Below, one piece after another: positions 11,007 to 20,428 of a stretch of DNA of 64,000 bases. The stretch is from Escherichia phage SF. The position numbers and the translations under genes were made by a program. The notes under the pieces were generated by a model. The model made no database searches, had not been told where the DNA came from, and worked only from the letters and a program-made list of their open reading frames with translations. Location: sequence record MH359124. The stretch is one strand, 5' to 3'. Position 1 is the stretch's first letter, and every line of letters begins with the position of its first letter.

Positions 11007-11591
11007 ATGACTCGTCCAGCGAGACAGATTTTTAACCAAACAAATATAACAAACTTTGTTGTGGATATCCCGGATAGTACACGAACTTCAGGTTTTGTGC
11101 TCAATGCCCAAACGGCTCCACTACCAGGTGTGAGAATTCCTGTTGTTGAAACTGTGACTGGCACAATGGGGTTAGGACGTGCAATGCGTGCAGGCACCAC
11201 ATTTGAATATGACCCTTTTGTTGTACGATTTATAGTTGATGAAGACATGACGTCCTGGATGAACATGTATAAATGGATGCTCAGCACTAATAACTATATA
11301 ACCGGGCATAATACTGCACACTCCGATGGTCCTGAGTTTGTTACTTTGCACATTTTAAACAACAATAAGACAGAAGTAGTTTTGACGGCAAATTTCTATA
11401 AACCATGGATTTCCGATTTGAGTGAAATTGAATTTAGTTACACTGAAGACTCTGACCCTGCCGTTACGTGCGTAGCAACTATTCACTACGCGTATATGAC
11501 GATAGAAAAGGATGGCGAAGTCATTGTATCTCAACAACCACGTCAAGCTGCCGAATCTAAATCCATTTCTAGACACCCTTCCTTGCGCTAA
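11007..11591 (+). CDS. 3: tail completion / sheath stabilizer gp3
   Basis: MTRPARQIFNQTNITNF; synteny between gene 2 and gene 1. Confidence 0.7.
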   Translation: MTRPARQIFNQTNITNFVVDIPDSTRTSGFVLNAQTAPLPGVRIPVVETVTGTMGLGRAMRAGTTFEYDPFVVRFIVDEDMTSWMNMYKWMLSTNNYITGHNTAHSDGPEFVTLHILNNNKTEVVLTANFYKPWISDLSEIEFSYTEDSDPAVTCVATIHYAYMTIEKDGEVIVSQQPRQAAESKSISRHPSLR

Positions 11592-11645
11592 TCGCTTCTA
11601 GCTCCATATGTTATAATCGTTCATAAATTATATGAGGAAAATCCT

Positions 11646-12380
11646 ATGGAGCTAATCTTTTTAAGCGGCATCAAACGTAGTGGTAAAGACACTACTGCTG
11701 ATTACATCAATTCAAACTTTAAATCCATAAAATATCAATTAGCATATCCAATTAAAGACGCTCTAGCAATAGCTTGGGAACGTAAACACGCCGAAAACCC
11801 AGATGTATTCACTGAGTTGAAATATGAATACTTTGAAGGCATTGGATACGACCGTGAAACGCCATTAAATCTCAATAAATTGGATGTTATTGAATTATTG
11901 GAAGAAACGCTAATTTATTTACAACGACAATACCTGCCAATTAATGGTGTTAACGTATTATCATCACTAGAAGGTGGATACTCATATCTAGATATTAAAC
12001 CGTACGAAGCCCTGCGTGAAGCTATAAATAATATCAACGACACGTGGTCGATCCGCCGTCTTATGCAAGCCCTCGGTACGGATGTTGTCGTTAATTTATT
12101 TGACCGTATGTATTGGGTTAAGCTTTTTGCATTAAACTATATGGATTATATTGGAAGTGATTTCGATTACTACGTTGTGACCGATACACGCCAAGTCCAT
12201 GAAATGGAAACCGCTAGAGCGATGGGTGCTACAGTTATTCATGTGGTTCGCTCTGGTACGGAATCCACTGATAAACATATTACAGAAGCTGGGTTGCCTA
12301 TTGAAGAAGGCGACTTAGTTATTACAAACGACGGCTCTTTAGAAGAGCTTTATTCTAAAATTGAAAAAATCTTAAGGTAA
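11646..12380 (+). CDS. 1: deoxynucleoside monophosphate kinase gp1
   Basis: 244 aa, MELIFLSGIKRSGKDTTADYI P-loop; matches T4 gene 1 product. Confidence 0.9.
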   Translation: MELIFLSGIKRSGKDTTADYINSNFKSIKYQLAYPIKDALAIAWERKHAENPDVFTELKYEYFEGIGYDRETPLNLNKLDVIELLEETLIYLQRQYLPINGVNVLSSLEGGYSYLDIKPYEALREAINNINDTWSIRRLMQALGTDVVVNLFDRMYWVKLFALNYMDYIGSDFDYYVVTDTRQVHEMETARAMGATVIHVVRSGTESTDKHITEAGLPIEEGDLVITNDGSLEELYSKIEKILR

Positions 12381-12384
12381 TAAA

Positions 12385-13070
<686 letters not shown>

Positions 13071-13083
13071 TTTTCAAAAACAG

Positions 13084-13125
13084 TTTACATAAGGATGATG
13101 GCGTGTTACTATCATCCTATCAAAT
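13084..13125 (+). promoter_or_regulatory. early promoter with stem-loop (PeSL-like): GTTTAC -35, TACTAT -10 inside inverted repeat GGATGAT/ATCATCC
   Basis: Sequence cagTTTACataaGGATGATggcgtgtTACTATCATCCtatcaaa upstream of ATG 13147. Confidence 0.6.
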
Positions 13126-13146
13126 AAACAACCTCAAGGAAATAAA

Positions 13147-13458
13147 ATGAAAACCTATCAAGAGTTTATCGCTGAAGCTACTAAAGCCGATAAAAATTTT
13201 ATTATTAACACCACCGGTCCGTTAGATGATGAATACGCTAATGCTATTATTAAGTCAATTTCTAATCAAGGCGTTGAAGTAACAAATTTCGAATATAAGA
13301 AAAATGATACTTATATGATAATTAGTATCAAAAAAGGTTCAAAAGCCAAAATTAAATCCGCATTTGGTGTTATGCGAGTTGACCAAATCGATAACCACGA
13401 TTTTTCACAAACAGGGGCCAAACGCCAAAATACCATTTCTTCTAAAGGCATAAAATAA
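13147..13458 (+). CDS. internal-protein-like injected protein with capsid targeting sequence
   Basis: N-terminus MKTYQEFIAEA equals T4 IP capsid-targeting sequence; 103 aa. Confidence 0.7.
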   Translation: MKTYQEFIAEATKADKNFIINTTGPLDDEYANAIIKSISNQGVEVTNFEYKKNDTYMIISIKKGSKAKIKSAFGVMRVDQIDNHDFSQTGAKRQNTISSKGIK

Positions 13459-13500
13459 TTTACAACACGATAGGACTATGTTATAATAGTCCTATCAAAA
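13458..13500 (+). promoter_or_regulatory. PeSL-like early promoter: TATAAT flanked by GATAGGACTA / TAGTCCTATC
   Basis: aatttacaacacGATAGGACTAtgtTATAATAGTCCTATCaaaac. Confidence 0.6.
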
Positions 13501-13519
13501 CAACCAAATGGAACCTAAA

Positions 13520-13783
13520 ATGAAAACTTTCAACGAATTCATCTCAGAATCGTCTGGTGTGAAAATTAACAAAGCGGTCAATCAGGTTATTGCTGATATT
13601 CTTAATTTGTATAACATTGACTTAACTCCGCATATCACGCTTGGTAACAAACGAAACTTTTTCATATTTGACACATCCGAACTTGATGAAAATCAGTTCA
13701 ATAACATTCAACGTTTTGCGAATGATAAAGGTCTTCGACACGAGCCTGGCGGCTATAAAAAATACGCAATATATTTGAAATAA
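13520..13783 (+). CDS. internal-protein-like protein (CTS variant MKTFNEFISE)
   Basis: Start at internal ATG; CTS-like N-terminus; 87 aa. Confidence 0.6.
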   Translation: MKTFNEFISESSGVKINKAVNQVIADILNLYNIDLTPHITLGNKRNFFIFDTSELDENQFNNIQRFANDKGLRHEPGGYKKYAIYLK

Positions 13784-13785
13784 AG

Positions 13786-13828
13786 GTATACAAGCCTATA
13801 GGGATATGTTATAGTAGTCCTATCAAAA
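13786..13828 (+). promoter_or_regulatory. PeSL-like early promoter (GTATAC -35, TATAGT -10 in imperfect inverted repeat)
   Basis: gtatacaagcctatagggatatgtTATAGTAGTCCTATCaaaacaa. Confidence 0.5.
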
Positions 13829-13852
13829 CAAATGAGTAAATGGAGAAATAAA

Positions 13853-14038
13853 ATGAAACGCGCTGAACTGATTCGTAATGTTGCTATAGTAATTGCTTCA
13901 ATGGCTTTTAGTTTTTCGATGTTTGTAGGATTCATTTGTGGACTACTGACAACAACTGAAAACTCTATCTCATTGGTAGTAGCATTTCTAATCGGCTTAA
14001 TCGCTATCGTTATGGATAAAATTGCAAAAGGTGAGTAA
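13853..14038 (+). CDS. small membrane protein (2 predicted TM helices)
   Basis: MKRAELIRNVAIVIASMAFSFSMFVGFICGLL; ATG after GGAG. Confidence 0.55.
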   Translation: MKRAELIRNVAIVIASMAFSFSMFVGFICGLLTTTENSISLVVAFLIGLIAIVMDKIAKGE

Positions 14039-14039
14039 A

Positions 14040-14402
14040 ATGAAATATCATGTATATGCGGATTTTGAAGCAAATCCTTCTAAAGACCATGATTGTCGTT
14101 TGATACGCAGACCATTTGATTCAGCAGCTCAAGCATGGGCTTGGATTAAAACTTGTACTCCTTCTTACACTTTCTTTGAAGTGGTAGATGATAACGGTGT
14201 TCTACATCCAGAACCTACAGAAACTATTAATTTCCTTCTGTTTGCTGGTTACGACTGTTATCCTCTTGGCGGTATTGACGATCTTGTTGCTACAGGAAAA
14301 ACTGTTGAAGCTCTTCGTGAAATCTATAAAAATGCTGAAGAAAATTTTGACTGGTACCAGATTGTCAGTGCACATACTTTTGAAGTGGTGGAACACTCAT
14401 GA
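14040..14402 (+). CDS. hypothetical protein
   Basis: ORF with internal ATG start MKYHVYADFE, phage-typical codon usage. Confidence 0.55.
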   Translation: MKYHVYADFEANPSKDHDCRLIRRPFDSAAQAWAWIKTCTPSYTFFEVVDDNGVLHPEPTETINFLLFAGYDCYPLGGIDDLVATGKTVEALREIYKNAEENFDWYQIVSAHTFEVVEHS

Positions 14403-14689
14403 TTCTTTATGCTAAAGTAAAATCTGTCGAGAATGGATATGAAAGCGATCAACGTGCAGCTAAAGCACTAGTCGATGACTATGGTATTTTGACTAATTTT
14501 GAAGTTGAAAAGGTTTACATCGACCGTTCGTCTTCACAGGTTAAATTGCTCTGTGAAGATGATAAATTTAACACAGTTAACTTTGATTTCTTTATTGAAA
14601 CAGAAAAAGGCCCTCTTGAATATGATATTTTCAAGAATCCTTTGAAATTACGTTGCATTGAATATAATTACATTAATATGGTACGGTGA
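14399..14689 (+). CDS. hypothetical protein
   Basis: 96 aa ORF, ATGA start/stop overlap with upstream gene. Confidence 0.55.
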   Translation: MILYAKVKSVENGYESDQRAAKALVDDYGILTNFEVEKVYIDRSSSQVKLLCEDDKFNTVNFDFFIETEKGPLEYDIFKNPLKLRCIEYNYINMVR

Positions 14690-14693
14690 TTAA

Positions 14694-15209
14694 ATGAATA
14701 TTTGTTTAGGCAGTACAATTCCTAAAGGTTACGTAATTGATGTCACTACCTATGAAAGTGATGGCGACAATTATAAAACCAAAACATTGTTTGAAGTGGA
14801 AGAGCATGAGCTCCAACAGTTTAAATATCTCTTGAAGAAATTTAAGAGCCGTCATTCTAGCACCAAAGCCGAACGTTATTGCGGTAATACACCATTCGGT
14901 CGTTGTTCGCTTATTATCTACGAATATCTGGTTGAAGGACTGTTCTCAGACCAACTCCAACCGGAATTTATTAAAAAGGTCTTTGGCATCGAAGTAGACC
15001 TTGGTGATAAATCTGAAGAAGACGAAGCCCGCGTATTCGACCTGTTCTTTGTGAAAGGCGGTGAGATATCTCAAGGACTTATTTATATTCTTGGCTATGC
15101 TTCTGAATACTATGATTACGATTTCTTGCGTGTAGTTGAACGTGTCGAATTTGCTTATATTGAAGAAGAAATCGTTTTGCCAACCGTTAAAATGATTGAT
15201 TTGCTTTAA
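14694..15209 (+). CDS. hypothetical protein
   Basis: 171 aa ORF. Confidence 0.55.
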   Translation: MNICLGSTIPKGYVIDVTTYESDGDNYKTKTLFEVEEHELQQFKYLLKKFKSRHSSTKAERYCGNTPFGRCSLIIYEYLVEGLFSDQLQPEFIKKVFGIEVDLGDKSEEDEARVFDLFFVKGGEISQGLIYILGYASEYYDYDFLRVVERVEFAYIEEEIVLPTVKMIDLL

Positions 15210-15288
15210 GAATTATGTGTTATTATTAATTCATACCATCTATTACCAAAGGTGCTCTAAAGTGCCTTTCATAATAGAAAGTTATTTA

Positions 15289-15362
15289 GGCCCTGTAGCT
15301 CAACGGTTAGCAGCAGTCCCCTCATAAGGGAAAGGTTACCAGTTCGAATCTGGTCTGGGTCA
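15289..15362 (+). tRNA. tRNA with anticodon CAT (Met or lysidine-modified Ile)
   Basis: Hand fold: acceptor GGCCCTG/CTGGGTC (one mismatch, one GU), D-loop with GG, anticodon loop CTCATAA, T-arm ACCAG-TTCGAAT-CTGGT. Confidence 0.7.
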
Positions 15363-15368
15363 TATATT

Positions 15369-15445
<77 letters not shown>

Positions 15446-15463
15446 ACTTTAAGTGAGGAAAAT

Positions 15464-15808
15464 ATGAAAGGCAACATTTATCTGGTAGTTCATGATTTAA
15501 CGTTTTATTTTAACGAATATGATACAGTTATTTCTCATCGATTGATTAATTCGCTGTATCAGCATGCCGATTACATCTATGTTCAAAATGAATTTGGTCA
15601 TTGGAAGTTCATTAAAAATCGTTCTGGGTTAACTAGTTTTGAATACTTTGACCGTAAAGACCTTTTAAACGAAATCCCATTGCAACATCGGTTCCAGAAA
15701 CGTGAATCATTATATTATTGCCGCCATATACCAAACGCCGAATGTGTTAATGAAGCGATTAATCTATGGCGTCGGCGTCGAGAGCAAATTGATGATATGC
15801 CAAAATAA
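15464..15808 (+). CDS. hypothetical protein
   Basis: Start moved to ATG after GAGGAAAA (MKGNIYLVVHD); track ORF N-terminal extension overlaps tRNA-Arg. Confidence 0.55.
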   Translation: MKGNIYLVVHDLTFYFNEYDTVISHRLINSLYQHADYIYVQNEFGHWKFIKNRSGLTSFEYFDRKDLLNEIPLQHRFQKRESLYYCRHIPNAECVNEAINLWRRRREQIDDMPK

Positions 15809-15809
15809 G

Positions 15810-16120
15810 AAGCCGGGTCGCTACCGGTAAGTCGTCGGACTGATGTTCCCTGCGTAAGGACTGGTCTTAAATAAATCTTTATGATTTGTTAATATCCCCT
15901 TACATCACAGCAGAAACGGCGCACAGAATTATCGATTCGAGGAAATATCTTTGCCGTAAGCCGAGTAGCGTTTTTGACGGAACGTTCGGATATGGTCGAG
16001 ATATGGCCTTTTAAAAATATTGAGTAGCGTCAACTGCTTAATAACCGGGTTCGAATCCCGGCGTTTCGTACAAACACTTGCCTTAGCAGGTGGAACCCCG
16101 ACAAGGTTGCCGCAAGGCAT
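15810..16120 (+). ncRNA. tRNA-like structured small RNA region (possible rnaC/rnaD-type stable RNAs)
   Basis: No convincing protein ORF; canonical T-arm CCGGG-TTCGAAT-CCCGG at 16045-16061 with possible acceptor pairing CGGAACG/CGTTTCG; multiple hairpins; ends at strong terminator. Confidence 0.35.
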
Positions 16121-16149
16121 AGCCCCTTCCGAAAGGTTGGGGCTTTTTG
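16121..16149 (+). terminator. rho-independent terminator AGCCCC-TTCCGAAAGGTT-GGGGCT-TTTTT (repeat copy 1)
   Basis: GC stem plus T-run. Confidence 0.7.
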
Positions 16150-16193
16150 GCATAATAATAAATAGATAAGTTAATTAACTTAGGAAAAGCAAA

Positions 16194-16658
16194 ATGAAAT
16201 CATACGCCGAATTTTTGACTGAACAATCTAGTTCAGATGTAAAAGCCGCTGCGATTGCAGCAATTCAAGCAGGTAAATATTCTTACAAAGACGCCTCTGA
16301 TGAAGAACGTTTCCGTTTTATTAGAGATTTTAAAGCCGAAGGTTTTACTAATGCTAATACTGTTAGCCGAGTTTTTAAAAGCCTAGCTGCATCAGGTGAA
16401 TTGTTCCAGAAAGCTACAGGTAAAGCACCTGCGCCAAAAGCGGACCCTAAAGCCGCTCAAGAAAAAAATATCGCCAAAGGAATTATTTCTAAGTATGAAG
16501 CAATTCTTAAAGAGCTTTTAGTAATCAAAACAGAAGGCCAGAAACTGGCACGAGCACATAGCTTCAAAGATAATCCTCACGCTCATAGCCTTGAGTATGT
16601 TGAAGATATCCAAAAACTTATTAAAGACCGTATCTGGTCTGCTAAACAAATTAAATAA
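16194..16658 (+). CDS. internal-protein-like protein (CTS variant MKSYAEFLTE)
   Basis: 154 aa, N-terminal CTS-like motif, Ala/Lys-rich. Confidence 0.6.
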   Translation: MKSYAEFLTEQSSSDVKAAAIAAIQAGKYSYKDASDEERFRFIRDFKAEGFTNANTVSRVFKSLAASGELFQKATGKAPAPKADPKAAQEKNIAKGIISKYEAILKELLVIKTEGQKLARAHSFKDNPHAHSLEYVEDIQKLIKDRIWSAKQIK

Positions 16659-16664
16659 TAGAAT

Positions 16665-16691
16665 GCCCCTTCCTTACGGTTGGGGCTTTTT
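16665..16691 (+). terminator. rho-independent terminator GCCCC-TTCCTTACGGTT-GGGGC-TTTTT (repeat copy 2)
   Basis: Near-identical to hairpin at 16121 and 32092. Confidence 0.7.
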
Positions 16692-16804
16692 GGTATCTAG
16701 GCCTTTCCGGGAATCTCTAGGCATCATTTAGTTTATACCCTTTATAATAATATATTATCCTACCTTTTAATTGCCTCTCTCTGCCCTAGAATTCCCCGGA
16801 ACTT

Positions 16805-16862
16805 TTTAAAAATTTTTTTTCACAAAACTGTTTACATCCCTGTTCTTCCGTGGTACTATACA
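16805..16862 (+). promoter_or_regulatory. early promoter with upstream A/T tract (GTTTAC -35, TACTAT -10)
   Basis: aaaaatttttttt...ctGTTTACatccctgttcttccgtggTACTATac. Confidence 0.5.
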
Positions 16863-16901
16863 ACTATCAACTACCGATACAGAAAAAACTTGGAGAATGA
16901 A

Positions 16902-17165
16902 ATGGATAATTACGGCGAACTGTTCAACTTCTTTATGAAATGTGTTCCAGAAGATTTCGGACGTACGGTGAATGATATTAAAGTTATCGGTCCTGAACAC
17001 CCTGTGTATGAAACCTATGCAGTAATGGGTAATGAAGACGGACAGTGGTATACAATTAAAGTTGTGATTAATATGTTCTCGGCCGAAGGCTACGCCAAAT
17101 CGTCTACCAAAGTTTACCATGATAACGATTTTGATGCGGAAGATTATTTCAATAATATGAAATAA
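16902..17165 (+). CDS. hypothetical protein
   Basis: ATG after GGAG; MDNYGELFNFFMKC. Confidence 0.5.
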   Translation: MDNYGELFNFFMKCVPEDFGRTVNDIKVIGPEHPVYETYAVMGNEDGQWYTIKVVINMFSAEGYAKSSTKVYHDNDFDAEDYFNNMK

Positions 17166-17167
17166 AT

Positions 17168-17205
17168 GTGTACATGGGCTCATGATTAAGATATTATGAG
17201 CCCTA
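17168..17205 (+). promoter_or_regulatory. PeSL-like promoter (TGTACA -35; TATTAT -10 inside GGGCTCAT / ATGAGCCC)
   Basis: gTGTACAtGGGCTCATgattaagaTATTATGAGCCCtatt. Confidence 0.55.
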
Positions 17206-17223
17206 TTAATGAGAAAGAATGTT

Positions 17224-17529
17224 ATGAGTCTTTATACTGAACTGAATAAAAAATCTGAAGAATCTGCTGAAACTATTTTTAAAAACGTGCAAAAGCGTAT
17301 TTTAGAAAAGATGTATAACACTGCAGCTAAAGGTGAAAAATCTTGCCGGTTTCCGATGAGGTGTTCTTCTGATTTATGCGCAAATACTATTGAATGGCTG
17401 GAAAGTGAAGGTCTTACGGTAGAGAAAAACCCGGCGACTTCTATTGACAGTGAATCATATATTAGTATTTCTTGGGATAAACCACGTATTAATGAAGGAC
17501 ACTACAAGTTGTTGAGTTGGAAAAATTAA
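17224..17529 (+). CDS. hypothetical protein
   Basis: MSLYTELNKKSEESAETIF; ATG after GAGAAAG. Confidence 0.5.
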   Translation: MSLYTELNKKSEESAETIFKNVQKRILEKMYNTAAKGEKSCRFPMRCSSDLCANTIEWLESEGLTVEKNPATSIDSESYISISWDKPRINEGHYKLLSWKN

Positions 17530-17595
17530 AATAATGATGTACAAGCACCAAAGATGGTGATACTATAGACTTATCAACTACAGAGGAGAAACAAA

Positions 17596-17823
17596 ATGGC
17601 TACAGTTAGTATTGATGTCGTTGATTATGAATACACTGAAGAAGTTATTCGCAACCGTCACCCTGAAGTTCGTATCGATTCAGTCCAAGATTCCAAGTTC
17701 TGGACAACTGAGCTTAATCTGAGTGGTCCTTATGAAGCTGTTAAGAAGTTCATGGTTGAAGAATACTGTGAAGGCATGCACCCGGAAGACGCCGAGTTTT
17801 ATGTCAATTTGATTAAAAAATAA
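17596..17823 (+). CDS. hypothetical protein
   Basis: 75 aa ORF with GGAG RBS. Confidence 0.55.
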   Translation: MATVSIDVVDYEYTEEVIRNRHPEVRIDSVQDSKFWTTELNLSGPYEAVKKFMVEEYCEGMHPEDAEFYVNLIKK

Positions 17824-17868
17824 TTTACAAACTCTTGAGAGCAGAGTATAATGCTCTCATTGGATAAT
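17823..17868 (+). promoter_or_regulatory. PeSL-like promoter (TTTACA -35; TATAAT -10 inside GAGAGCA / TGCTCTC)
   Basis: aatTTACAaactcttGAGAGCAgagTATAATGCTCTCattggataataaa; paralogous to element at 47951. Confidence 0.6.
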
Positions 17869-17893
17869 AAACCACCAATTGAAAGGTAATAAT

Positions 17894-18487
17894 ATGAACA
17901 CACTGAAGAAACTTGTTGAATTCATCCGCACTAAACTGGGTACTGCTATGGCTAAAAATCTAACTGTCGAAGAACAGTATAACGCAGCTGCAGATAAGTT
18001 GATTACCCAAATCAAAGAACTAAAAACGGCTTCTGTTAAATCTATTAATGAAGAAAAACGTATTCGCGAACTTGTTATTGAAAAGAATAAGCAAGCCGCT
18101 TCTAAGGAACGTGAAATTCGTAAGCTCCTGGCTGAAGGACAAGATGTTACCATGCATGCTAAGCTTGGTCTTCTGTATCGTCGAACTGCCGAACAACTTA
18201 ATACAAAAGCTGATGGGTATGCCGCTATGCGAATTGAAATTGCTCGTAAGGTGGTTGAACTTGACGACGCTCGTCAGAATCTGGCAATCAAACTCGAATA
18301 CATTCGTGAAACTCGAGCAGCTAATGCCCTTGGTATCTCTACGGCCGATGATGTAATTGAAATCGCTGCACTGACTAAGGTTGATATCGAAGACACTCTG
18401 ACTCGTGTTGAAACGTTCAATGGCACTCCAACCGGTGTCGAAACCACTTCTGCTGATGTACAAGAATATATTAACTCTTTGAAATAA
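17894..18487 (+). CDS. coiled-coil protein, possibly PspA/IM30-like
   Basis: 198 aa, heptad-rich, Lys/Glu-rich helices; family assignment tentative. Confidence 0.5.
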   Translation: MNTLKKLVEFIRTKLGTAMAKNLTVEEQYNAAADKLITQIKELKTASVKSINEEKRIRELVIEKNKQAASKEREIRKLLAEGQDVTMHAKLGLLYRRTAEQLNTKADGYAAMRIEIARKVVELDDARQNLAIKLEYIRETRAANALGISTADDVIEIAALTKVDIEDTLTRVETFNGTPTGVETTSADVQEYINSLK

Positions 18488-18495
18488 AATAATAC

Positions 18496-18517
18496 GGAGG
18501 ACTCCGGTCCTCCTTTT
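18496..18517 (+). terminator. rho-independent terminator GGAGGAC-TCCG-GTCCTCC-TTTT
   Basis: Perfect 7 bp GC stem, tetraloop, T-run. Confidence 0.7.
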
Positions 18518-18536
18518 GGATAATAAAGGAGTTAAC

Positions 18537-19133
18537 ATGCGAAACCAAAATAATGATATTGACTCGATGTTCGAAGAGTTCCGAAATAAGGTAAATCCAC
18601 CTACGTCTTTAGTTGATTCATTACGATATGTTGCAACTGGACGTAAATGGTACTGGTCGTCTTCTTATGAGACAACTGAATATGCAAATAACCGAAAATC
18701 TTTATTAGCCCCAGGTATTATGATTCATGATATCGGAGCTATTGCTAAACTAGTTGCAGACCATGATATTAGATTCACCGATTTCGTTGCTCCTACGTGG
18801 TCTGTTTGTTGTTTAAACACTGAATGGGAATATATCAGCGAACGCTCTGAAGATTATTATGGTTTTAGAGACAAGCTTTTAAGGTCTAACATGTTTTATA
18901 TTGATACAGAAGTTCTGGTCAATAATAAAAAATACTATTTCACTTTAATAGTCGATTCTGAAACTATGTATGAAGGCAAGCCTTTGCTTAAAAGAGTTGA
19001 TGCTTTAAGTGCTATTGATGCGCTTTATGAAACCATGGTTGTTAGTCCTAATTTCACTAACAATTTAATCCTTGAGCAATTTATTATGGAATGTAGAGAA
19101 TATGTCAAAGCCAACCCTATACATGCCAAGTAA
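18537..19133 (+). CDS. hypothetical protein with C-terminal FIMECR motif
   Basis: ATG after AAGGAG; MRNQNNDIDSMFEEF. Confidence 0.55.
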   Translation: MRNQNNDIDSMFEEFRNKVNPPTSLVDSLRYVATGRKWYWSSSYETTEYANNRKSLLAPGIMIHDIGAIAKLVADHDIRFTDFVAPTWSVCCLNTEWEYISERSEDYYGFRDKLLRSNMFYIDTEVLVNNKKYYFTLIVDSETMYEGKPLLKRVDALSAIDALYETMVVSPNFTNNLILEQFIMECREYVKANPIHAK

Positions 19134-19497
19134 GCCCTGGGCGTATGAATACAAGCGTAAATTAATCCCAAATGAAGTACTATTTGGCCCTATTTTAGCT
19201 TTAGCATTTTTAATCTTTATGATTATAGGAGCTGTTTTAGATTCTAGTGAAGTTATATCGTCTGATGCAGTGTTTTTACTTATTATAGTCGGGTCGTTTA
19301 TTGTACCATTTTTATTAATGCCTATTAACTGGGTAGGATATTGGCACCAAGGCCGTCATCACAGAGCCCGATTAAGAGAATGGAAAGTTCAGTGCGCAAA
19401 AGCCCAAGCTCAGTATGATGAAGCTGTTAAAAAGTACGAATATGAAGAAGCTATGGAATTCGTTAAGGAAATAAGATGCAAAAGCCTCAACTCTTAA
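19102..19497 (+). CDS. small membrane protein (2 TM helices)
   Basis: Start uncertain (ATG 19102 or 19123); LFGPILALAFLIFMIIGAVL and FLLIIVGSFIVPFLL. Confidence 0.5.
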   Translation: MSKPTLYMPSKPWAYEYKRKLIPNEVLFGPILALAFLIFMIIGAVLDSSEVISSDAVFLLIIVGSFIVPFLLMPINWVGYWHQGRHHRARLREWKVQCAKAQAQYDEAVKKYEYEEAMEFVKEIRCKSLNS

Positions 19498-19835
19498 CCG
19501 TATGGCCTTCTCTTGGTGAGAACATTCTAATTTTTATTATGAGTATTGGCGTGGGATTTGCCTTTGGATTAGTTGGATTTCTTATTGACGGCGTTGTGTT
19601 AGGATTTATAGGGAACACTGGTGGATTCACAGACCAATGGCAGGACTTACGGTATACCCAAGCCTTTGCATCCATCGCATCATTTTGTACTGTAGTCTAT
19701 TTTTACTATGATTTTATAAACCATAACAAGAAAAATAAAAAGGTTTACGCTTCTCAAATGATTAGTTATAATGAACTCCTAGCTAGACGTGAAAATGAAA
19801 CAATAGAAAACTTTATTAAGGAATGTAGAAAATGA
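19476..19835 (+). CDS. membrane protein with C-terminal ENFIKECRK tail
   Basis: 119 aa; hydrophobic segments; conserved C-terminal motif shared with 21982 and 22975 genes. Confidence 0.55.
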   Translation: MQKPQLLTVWPSLGENILIFIMSIGVGFAFGLVGFLIDGVVLGFIGNTGGFTDQWQDLRYTQAFASIASFCTVVYFYYDFINHNKKNKKVYASQMISYNELLARRENETIENFIKECRK

Positions 19836-20137
19836 GTAAGATTATTGAAATTAAAGTACCAGAGTTTAATGATGCCAAATCCGCTTCAGATGCAATTTAT
19901 AAACTTCTGAATCAAGCTGAACGTATCGAAGAAGAAGCAACAAAGATCGCAGACCAATATGCCGTATCATTTTCTGTAGGTGATTATGGTAGCGGTCGTA
20001 CTTATTATCCTAAGGGTGAAATCGTATCCCAGTGGATGAAAAATGAAATTGAAAATAATGGTGGCGATGTTAAGCGTGAAGGTAATGGTTACGTTATTAC
20101 TGAAGGTGCTTGGGTTTCGTCTTCTGCGTTGTGCTAA
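19832..20137 (+). CDS. small protein, tandem paralog A (C-terminus GAWVSSSALC)
   Basis: 101 aa; ATGA overlap with upstream stop. Confidence 0.55.
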   Translation: MSKIIEIKVPEFNDAKSASDAIYKLLNQAERIEEEATKIADQYAVSFSVGDYGSGRTYYPKGEIVSQWMKNEIENNGGDVKREGNGYVITEGAWVSSSALC

Positions 20138-20146
20138 GGAACCACT

Positions 20147-20419
20147 ATGTCTAAAGAACAAACCGAACTGGCTGAAGCCGTAGCAAAAATCTATGCAGCT
20201 ATTGAGGCTGCCAAAGAAATTGCTGATAAACAAAACACAACATTCGACTTGTATCCAGCTTATGGTATGGGTGGAACATATCATTCACCCGGACAGCTTA
20301 AAGCCGATCTTGAACGTTGTACAAAAAACGGCTATGCTGAATGGGCTGACGTTTACCAATACGACTACAACCTGAGCCTCGAAACTGGTGGTTGGATCGC
20401 ATCTTCTCACACTTGCTAA
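20147..20419 (+). CDS. small protein, tandem paralog B (C-terminus GGWIASSHTC)
   Basis: 90 aa; junction TGCTAAGGAACCACTATGTCT conserved with next paralog. Confidence 0.55.
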   Translation: MSKEQTELAEAVAKIYAAIEAAKEIADKQNTTFDLYPAYGMGGTYHSPGQLKADLERCTKNGYAEWADVYQYDYNLSLETGGWIASSHTC

Positions 20420-20428
20420 GGAAACCAT

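Noticed and set aside
16045-16068. Third canonical tRNA at the T-arm in the small-RNA region
   Set aside because: No convincing D-arm or anticodon arm could be folded by hand, so it is called only as a tRNA-like RNA region.
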